The notes beneath the pieces were generated by a model. That model searched no databases and was not told where the DNA came from. It was given only the letters and a program-made list of their open reading frames with translations. Below, piece by piece: positions 25,192-31,825 of a DNA stretch of 50,083 nucleotides (the first letter of the stretch is position 1; each line of letters opens with the position of its first letter). Source of the stretch: Cytophagaceae bacterium. GTDB taxonomy: Bacteria; Bacteroidota; Bacteroidia; Cytophagales; Flexibacteraceae. Location: positions 1 through 50,083 of the forward strand of contig CANETC010000001.1 of NCBI GenBank assembly GCA_947441055.1, given 5' to 3'. The translations under genes and the position numbers were made by a program.

Positions 25192-27365
25192 TTATAAAAA
25201 GTTAAGATGTGCTTGAAACCATCTGCCGAAACAATTTTTTCAAAGGCTGGAGTCTTTTCATCCGAAACCAGGTAGTTAATCCGGTATGCACCTTCAGAAA
25301 ATTCAGACTCAATACTCCAATCGCAGAGATTTTTTAATTTGTCTTTTATTGTACTAAAGTCTCCTCTCTTTAGGTTGAGCTTGTCATCATGAATCGACAA
25401 TCCCTTCTTTATTGAATTCTGATGTAAAATCTCAAGAACCATTTTCTCAGAATTACTTACAGTTATTGCATATTCTACATCGGGATGTTGCGGATACTTT
25501 TGGATTCCTTCAAAAATTAAATCAAGAGCTTTACTGAGCCATTGGATATCAGCATAGAATGTTTTGTTTTCCAAATTGGAAATCTTTGGAGGGGAAAAAC
25601 TGATTAAGTAACTATCATGTTTTTGAAGTATTAGGTTTAGCAATGCAGAGTTTTCATCCCTAACTTCAATTTCATTTTTGAACACATCAATTATGTGCTT
25701 AAATTTTTGAAGTGTTTTGCCGGACCGCTGAATCTGAAACTTTTCAGGTAAAATAAAATCTTCTGGATTCAATGAAGTATCATTTTTACAGGCCGCAATT
25801 AACTCTGGTGAGCTCCATCCAAAATAAATGCGCTTTTTTGGATTAATATCTCCCCATCCAGTATTTTCTATCTTACTATTGAAAATAAAATTATAAATTT
25901 TCCCATTAAGATTTGGACTTAACTCCTTAAGCCTAAAGCTAAAAGAATTATATCTCTTTTTTGCTTGATCAATAAAATCATTCAAATCTTTAAATAAATT
26001 TGAATCCCTGCCGGCATCCCAACTATGAGTTGTATATTTCAATGGACTATTATTAATTGAGAAATTTTTTAATAAGTTAACAAGTTCCTTGGGGCAATGA
26101 AAAATTGGAATTATTCCGATTTCTATTTGTTCAATATTTTTTTCTTGAGGCCTCTTTTCAAAGGCATCAAAAATACTGTCTAAATCTATTCCGCTAAAGT
26201 CTTCTTCTAAGTCAAAATCGTTGGATATGCCATCCATTGATTTTGCTTTATTTGAGTTTACAGTAGAAATATCAATCAGTCTTTTTGATAATTTATTAAA
26301 TACAGAGCTACTTGGACTCTTCACCATCTTCAAAAACTCCAGCTTGCCAGCCAGTACATTTTCCATTGCAGGAGCGCCTTTTTTTACATGGCCTTTATCA
26401 TCCAGGTATTGCCTGGAAAAGATGGCAGATGCTTTTTCATATCCATACCGTTCCCAATAATACAGCCACATACGAAGTTGTTTGATGTAGCGTTTTGGCA
26501 CATTGGGTTTTTCGTGCACAAGCAGCCCGGTTACCTCTTTCCGGTAGCCGTCTTTCTGGAGGCGGGTCTTGCTCTCCTTGATGTAAAATCCCTGTTCTAC
26601 TATTATTCGCCTGAGTTCCGTTAGAAAATCGCCTTCTGCATGGTAAACACTGTGCATGGAACTGAAGGTTATGTCATCTGCATAGCGGCTGTATGTTAAA
26701 CCAAATCTTTTGGCTACCCCGCTAAGAAGATGATCTAAACGCTGGCAAACCATATTTGTAATTACAGGGGATGTAGGGGCGCCCTGCGGCAGGACTTTTC
26801 GTTTCACTTTTTCCCATTCGCCGTTTGCATTCGGGCGCTCCACTTCCATTTCTGTACAACATAGCCCTGCAATAACGGAGGCAAGTTTTATTCTTTCCCC
26901 AACCAGGTTAAACGGTTTCAGTTGGAGGCATTTCCAAACTCGTGCCTGTTCAATGGTAGGAAAAAAATCTTTTAAATCTATGTTGTATACATAATACTTG
27001 CCAACATGAGGCAGGGCATTATCTACAATGGATTTATCTCGAACAAATCCCGTTGCAGCCTTGTGTGGTTCAAATACACACTGCAATATAAATGCCATTG
27101 TACGCTGTATGGCTTTTAACCCTTTCACCGGTGCATGTATGCTTCGTTCGCCACCCGACTTTTTCTGGATTTTAAATTCGGCATATCGCTTTCCTCCCAG
27201 ATTGGCATTTGCATACCAGGTAAGCTGTTTTATCTGAAAAGCAACCGCCTTTTCACCGAAAATCAGAGGTTTTACTTCATTCAGCAACTGAAGCAAATCT
27301 TCCCGGGTCTGCATTTTTGAGAATGCATCCTTGATTTGGTCGATATTTTCCTGTTGCGGTTTCAT
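25188..27365 (-). CDS. retron-type reverse transcriptase fused to a ~375-aa C-terminal region of unknown function
   Basis: RT residues ~60-345 carry retron hallmarks: KSIVDNALPH (NAxxH), DLKDFFPTI, LPQGAPTSPVITN, YSRYADDITFSS (YADD at 26673-26684), RKEVTGLLV (VTG at 26526-26534). No recognised family after about residue 350. Confidence 0.85.
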   Translation of the reverse strand: MKPQQENIDQIKDAFSKMQTREDLLQLLNEVKPLIFGEKAVAFQIKQLTWYANANLGGKRYAEFKIQKKSGGERSIHAPVKGLKAIQRTMAFILQCVFEPHKAATGFVRDKSIVDNALPHVGKYYVYNIDLKDFFPTIEQARVWKCLQLKPFNLVGERIKLASVIAGLCCTEMEVERPNANGEWEKVKRKVLPQGAPTSPVITNMVCQRLDHLLSGVAKRFGLTYSRYADDITFSSMHSVYHAEGDFLTELRRIIVEQGFYIKESKTRLQKDGYRKEVTGLLVHEKPNVPKRYIKQLRMWLYYWERYGYEKASAIFSRQYLDDKGHVKKGAPAMENVLAGKLEFLKMVKSPSSSVFNKLSKRLIDISTVNSNKAKSMDGISNDFDLEEDFSGIDLDSIFDAFEKRPQEKNIEQIEIGIIPIFHCPKELVNLLKNFSINNSPLKYTTHSWDAGRDSNLFKDLNDFIDQAKKRYNSFSFRLKELSPNLNGKIYNFIFNSKIENTGWGDINPKKRIYFGWSSPELIAACKNDTSLNPEDFILPEKFQIQRSGKTLQKFKHIIDVFKNEIEVRDENSALLNLILQKHDSYLISFSPPKISNLENKTFYADIQWLSKALDLIFEGIQKYPQHPDVEYAITVSNSEKMVLEILHQNSIKKGLSIHDDKLNLKRGDFSTIKDKLKNLCDWSIESEFSEGAYRINYLVSDEKTPAFEKIVSADGFKHILTFYK

Positions 27366-27377
27366 TATCTTTTAAAA

Positions 27378-27615
27378 ATGTTCCTTGATGCCTGCTGCGT
27401 ATTCTTTGTTTATGAATCATGAAAAATTAATTCATAATAATATAAGAATATTTCATAATAATATAAGATCTTCAGTTTTCACTTACTGATGAACTATTAA
27501 TTACCAGGAGACATTCATTCCGGATTACTCCGGAACACCAGCCGATTTGAAATTGCCTTGCGGCAACCTCCAGCTGGCACGAGTCAATATCTTGCAGCAG
27601 GCATTCAATGAACAT
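27378..27615 (-). ncRNA. candidate retron-like msr/msd non-coding RNA bounded by an a1/a2-type inverted repeat
   Basis: The arms are 27594-27615 (GCAGCAGGCATTCAATGAACAT, + strand) and 27378-27398 (ATGTTCCTTGATGCCTGCTGC). They pair over 11 + 3 + 6 bp with one bulge and one mismatch. The arm nearest the RT lies 12 nt from its ATG. The 195-nt interior contains nested hairpins at 27538-27577, 27518-27535 and 27410-27437. This is a prediction only. Confidence 0.5.
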
Positions 27616-27671
27616 GGTGCAAAGTAATCAGGCAATAGTGCAATGTAGCTGCACAGTTGAAAAATAATCTA

Positions 27672-27679
27672 TAAATTTG
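27672..27679 (+). promoter_or_regulatory. candidate -7 box (TAAATTTG) for the WYL regulator gene
   Basis: Matches TAnnTTTG 67 nt upstream of ATG 27747. Confidence 0.3.
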
Positions 27680-27693
27680 TTCTGAGAAATTTC

Positions 27694-27705
27694 GGAATGC
27701 ATTCC
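27694..27705. promoter_or_regulatory. perfect 12-bp palindrome GGAATGCATTCC between the candidate -7 box and the WYL gene start; possible operator
   Basis: Read directly from the sequence. Its position downstream of the putative promoter fits an autoregulatory site. Confidence 0.3.
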
Positions 27706-27746
27706 ATGCTGTCTTTTCAGCTTACATAAAGAGTTTTACACAATTA

Positions 27747-28763
27747 ATGGCAACCAATAAGAACGCTTTAATCCGATACAAGGTACTGGATGCCTGCTTC
27801 CGCAATACGGGCAGAAAATTCTTCTTTCAGGATTTGATGGATGAAATGGAAAAGGTGTTGAATGAAATTGACCCCGGTAGCAGTGGAATAAGTCGCCGTC
27901 AGCTGTTTGACGACATTGCCTTTATGGAAAGCGGCGAAGGCTGGAGCATTGACCTTGCTCGCCACAGGGATGTCAAGAAGGTTTATTACCGGTATGCCGA
28001 CCCTGATTTTTCAATCAACAATATGCCATTGAGTGAGATTGAAATTCAGCAACTGAAAACGGCCTTGGAAATTCTTACCCAATTTAAAGGCATGCCCCAG
28101 TTCGACTGGATTCATGAAATGGTGCCAAAACTTCAACAGGGCCTTTCTAGCCCGGAAAGTAATGCTTCAGCCATCATTGAGTTTGACAGCAACCAATATC
28201 TGCGTGGCATTGAGTTTCTGGGACAGATTTATATTTCCATTTTCTATAAAAAGGTTCTGTCTATCGGTTATCAGCCATTTGGTACAAGTCAGCCCTTTGA
28301 GATTGTGATTCACCCATACTACCTTAAGCAGTATAATAACCGTTGGTTTCTATTTGGCTACAATCCCGATAAAAGCAAATACGACTGGAATCTTGCCCTC
28401 GACCGTATTTCCTCTATCAGAGAATTGAATACGCGGTATCAGCCTAATTTATCCATCGACTGGCAGGAGTATTTTGAAGATATGATTGGGGTTACCAAGT
28501 CAACTGAAGCCAGAGTTGAAAAAGTCGTCTTGCACTTCAAGGGTGGCACCGGATTTTACATAGAAACGAAGCCCTTGCATGGGTCTCAAAAATCCAGGTG
28601 GCTTGATGAGGACACGCTGGAAGTAAGTATGGAAGTTGTCATCAATTATGAGCTCGAACGGCTTATTCTTTCTTATTCCGACACGGTTACCGTTTTGGAA
28701 CCAAGCAGTTTGTCTGATTTAATCCGCAAGAGGCTGGAGAATTCTCTTGGCACATACTTATAA
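27747..28763 (+). CDS. WYL-domain transcriptional regulator (N-terminal wHTH, central WYL, C-terminal WCX-like)
   Basis: N-terminus NALIRYKVLDACFRN...ISRRQLFDDI looks like a wHTH. HPYYLKQYNNRWFLFGY is the WYL-type motif. It is transcribed divergently from the RT operon. Confidence 0.8.
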   Translation: MATNKNALIRYKVLDACFRNTGRKFFFQDLMDEMEKVLNEIDPGSSGISRRQLFDDIAFMESGEGWSIDLARHRDVKKVYYRYADPDFSINNMPLSEIEIQQLKTALEILTQFKGMPQFDWIHEMVPKLQQGLSSPESNASAIIEFDSNQYLRGIEFLGQIYISIFYKKVLSIGYQPFGTSQPFEIVIHPYYLKQYNNRWFLFGYNPDKSKYDWNLALDRISSIRELNTRYQPNLSIDWQEYFEDMIGVTKSTEARVEKVVLHFKGGTGFYIETKPLHGSQKSRWLDEDTLEVSMEVVINYELERLILSYSDTVTVLEPSSLSDLIRKRLENSLGTYL

Positions 28764-28950
28764 GTTTTTTTTGAGACCTATTTCTGCACTACTGTTACAC
28801 CAGCACACCTCCCCAAACCCCACCTCAACCCAAAACCATCGCTCCTGTTTTTTCACCCTTGCGTAGCAACAGAAAATTGTAATATAGCCTTTCAAATCGC
28901 GGAAGAATATTTCCCGCATAACACGATTAACCCGATATATCAGACCTAAT

Positions 28951-30246
28951 ATGAACAACATCGTTTGCCCCAAATGCAGGGAAACATTCAAGGTGGATGA
29001 GGCCAGTTTTGCCGACATCCTGAAGCAAGTGCGCGACCGGCAGTTTAATGAAGAACTGCAAAGCCGCATGGAAATGGCAGAAAGGGATAAGGAAAGCGCC
29101 CTGAAACTGGCAGAAGCCAAACTCCGGAATTCTTTTCAGGAGTACCTCTCCAAAAAGGACAAGGAACTTTCGGATTTGCATTTGCAAAATTAGCGTCAAC
29201 TCAATGAGCAACTCGCCAAAAGAGAAATTGAACTCGCTGAAATGAAATCCAAAATTGAACATGCCGAAACTGAGAAGAAGTTGTCGGTGGCGGAGGCGGT
29301 TCAACGGATTGAAATAGAACGAAACAATCTGGTGAATGATGTAAAAATGAAGGACGCGGAAAAGGAGTTGCTTGAAAAAGCCCTGACCGAAAAATACAAG
29401 TCTGAACTTCAGTTGAAAAACGACATCATCCGCATGAAGGATGATGAAATTGCGCTCCGCAAAGACATGAAGCTGAAGCTCTCAACCAAAATGCTGGGTG
29501 AAACACTTGAGCAGCATTGCGAGACGGAGTTCAATAAAATTCGCTCCATGGCTTTTCCCAATGCCTATTTTGAAAAGGACAATGATTCAAGTTCGGGCAG
29601 CAAAGGCGATTTTATTTTCCGTGAAACAGATGCGGCAGGCAATGAAATTGTCTCCATCATGTTTGAAATGAAAAACGAAGGCGATGAAACCGCCACAAAA
29701 AAAAGAAACGAAGATTTTTTTAAAGAGCTCGACAAGGACCGCAACGAAAAGAAGTGCGAATATGCCGTGCTGGTAACGCTGTTGGAATCGGAAAGCGAAC
29801 TGTACAACGGCGGCATTGTGGATGTGTCGCACAAGTACCCGAAGATGTATGTAATCCGGCCTCAGTTTTTCATTCCCATCATCACCTTGCTGCGCAATGC
29901 CGCTTTGAATTCGTTGAAATACAAAGCAGAGCTGGCCCTGGTGCGCAACCAGAGCATTGACATCACCAATTTTGAGGATGATTTGAATAAATTTAAGGAG
30001 GGATTTGCCCGGAATTATGAACTGGCAAGCCGGAAATTTATGACAGCCATTGAGGAAATAGACAAGACCATCAGTCACCTCCAGAAAACCAAGGAGGCCC
30101 TGCTTTCCTCCGAAAACAACCTTCGCCTGGCCAACAACAAAGCGGAAGACATCTCCATCAAAAAACTCACCCGCGACAATCCCACCATGATGGCAAGGTT
30201 CTCGGCATTGTCGGATGATGCTTCAAATCAACCAACTGTAAACTAA
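28951..30246 (+). pseudogene. DUF2130-family protein (zinc-ribbon N-terminus, coiled coil, RmuC/PD-(D/E)xK-like C-terminal part) interrupted by an in-frame TAG at 29191-29193
   Basis: Track ORFs 28951..29193 and 29242..30246 share one frame (29242 - 29191 = 51). The sequence across the stop reads LHLQN*RQLNEQLAKREIELAEMKSK with a continuous coiled-coil character. N-terminus CPKC. C-terminal part GDFIFRE...IMFEMKNE. Confidence 0.7.
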
Positions 30247-30467
30247 TTTCAGGACTATTTATTAGTTCCGGGGTCTGAACCAATGGAGGTGGTATTTCAC
30301 CTGCCGTCCATTAAACAGGGGCGAAAATAGTAAATTTTTGCCCTCGTTTTAGCGATAAGGGCAAAACTTACCTTGGTTTTTTCTTACGGATTTGGGTTTT
30401 CGATATCCGAAAACGCTCTGTGTAGAACAATTCATAAAAATGAAAATCCGCGTTGAAGCAAGGCTTT

Positions 30468-30632
30468 GCCTTGATGCAACATTCGGATTTTCTTGATTTT
30501 TTGTTTCTTTTTCATCAAGTTGAGTGCCGCAAACCTCGGCACGAAACCCCGCTTTGCGGGGAAAAAAGAAAATAAAGATAAGCAGCTAAGATGATAGTTT
30601 TCTGATCGGCGCTGCAAAGCCAGCTTGAATAT
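30468..30632. repeat. dispersed repeat, copy 1 (partner at 37047-37155), with an extra ~50-nt insert
   Basis: Shared blocks: GCCTTGATGCAACATTCGGA, CCGC(T)TTGCGG..AAAAAGAAAATAAAGA, GCAGC.A..ATGAT.GTTTTC, CAAAGCCAGC. Confidence 0.55.
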
Positions 30633-30823
30633 ATAAAATATTGATTGTCAATCGCCCAGTGTTTAGTTGTATGGAAGGCCTACATTTGTAAACCAGGATT
30701 AGAGCTATCAACCATTTGTAAACTCAGGTCTGGATTAATCAAATAAACTGTAAACTTTTTTTAGGACGAGTCAACCAATAACATGTCGCTCCTCTGGAGC
30801 TTTGGCCTTTCCTAATTCGCTTT

Positions 30824-31025
30824 CTATTAACATACGACACCGCTGGTGCCAGAAATGCAAACTCTGTTGAATAACAATTCCACCACTACTTAGAAAATTC
30901 TTGTGACTTCCTATTAACATACGGCACTGCTGGTGCCAGAAATGCAAACTCTGTTTAATAACAATTCCACCACTGCTTAGAAATTTCTTGTGACTTCCAA
31001 TTTAACATACGGCACCACTGTTGCC
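30824..31025. repeat. 87-bp tandem repeat, about 2.3 copies
   Basis: Units start at 30824, 30911 and 30998. The first two are about 93% identical by eye. Each begins (T)TAACATAC followed by a short GC hairpin. Confidence 0.85.
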
Positions 31026-31247
31026 ATATTACCGCAAATGTGCGGAATCAAATCCCCCTGCCCTGCGCCCCGGATAGCAACGAAAAGCCCGTAGGGAGGA
31101 ATGTGCGGCTGGCGGGTTCCTGGCCACAGGAACACGAAACGGACTTGTAGTGGATAGCCGGAATTGGCGCCCAAAAATCCCAAAAAACCCGCGTTGCTTT
31201 TCACGACACGGCTCGGTACTTTTGCCCACTGATACCAAATCCGAATT

Positions 31248-31808
31248 ATGGCAACTACCGCAGACCTTTCCAGGGGACAATTTCTCCGATACAACAATGA
31301 CCTGGTGCAGGTAATTGAATATGAACACCGTACACCTGGAAATCTTCGCGCTTTCTATCAGGTGAAAATGCGGAACATCAAATCCGGTAAACTCCTGGAA
31401 AACCGCTTCCGCGCCGGTGAGGAAATTTTCCCCGTGCGGGTGGATGTGAAAGACATGCAGTATCTCTACGAAGAAGGCAATGCCTTGATTTGCATGGATA
31501 CGGAAACCTACGATCAGGTGCTGGTTGACAAGGTGCTTTTCGGTGATTCCATCTCTTTCCTCAAAGAAGGCATGAGTCTGAGAATCAGTTTTGATGACCA
31601 AACGCCGCTCATGGGTGAACTTCCTTCCACTGTGGAACTTGAGGTAACTTACACCGAACCAGGAATCAGAGGCGATACTGCTACCCGTACCCTAAAACCG
31701 GCAACGGTTGAAACGGGTGCCACGGTGAATATTCCGCTTTTTGTGGAAACCGGCGAGAAAATCCGTATCAACACCCAAACGGGTGAGTACATGGAAAGGG
31801 TAAAATAA
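31248..31808 (+). CDS. efp: translation elongation factor P
   Basis: 186 aa. DLSRGQFLRYNNDLVQVIEYEHRTPGNLRAFYQVKMRNIKSGK, plus the C-terminal OB domains TGATVNIPLFVETGEKIRINTQTGEYMERV. Confidence 0.95.
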   Translation: MATTADLSRGQFLRYNNDLVQVIEYEHRTPGNLRAFYQVKMRNIKSGKLLENRFRAGEEIFPVRVDVKDMQYLYEEGNALICMDTETYDQVLVDKVLFGDSISFLKEGMSLRISFDDQTPLMGELPSTVELEVTYTEPGIRGDTATRTLKPATVETGATVNIPLFVETGEKIRINTQTGEYMERVK

Positions 31809-31825
31809 TAAACCATTTTCTTAAA

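Noticed and set aside
27388-27489. 33-aa plus-strand ORF (MPAAYSLFMNHEKLIHNNIRIFHNNIRSSVFTY) in the RT-WYL intergenic region
   Set aside because: Its repeated IHNNIR segment simply reflects the 21-nt direct repeat. There is no RBS-like context, and the region is better explained as structured RNA or operator DNA.
29191-29193. Idea that the in-frame TAG here and the TAA at 42447-42449 indicate stop-codon reassignment or programmed read-through
   Set aside because: TAG and TAA both terminate many well-defined genes in this window. TAG ends the ORFs at 3846 and 36850, and TAA ends those at 11620 and 28763. Ordinary nonsense mutation or sequencing error is more parsimonious.
30432-30617. Track ORFs 30432..30617 (-) and 36876..37115 (-), which share the peptide RMLHQG
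   Set aside because: The shared peptide arises from the dispersed DNA repeat GCCTTGATGCAACATTCGGA read in a frame that is otherwise unconserved between the copies. Neither ORF has a plausible start context.
31020-31247. GC-rich segment upstream of efp, with the hairpins CCGCAAATGTGCGG and GTTCCTGGCCACAGGAAC, considered as tmRNA, RNase P, SRP RNA or a riboswitch
   Set aside because: I could find none of the diagnostic conserved blocks on either strand: no GAGGAAAGUCC-type RNase P P4, no tmRNA acceptor/T-arm and tag ORF, and no SRP GGAA/AGCA motif. It is left unassigned pending an Rfam scan.
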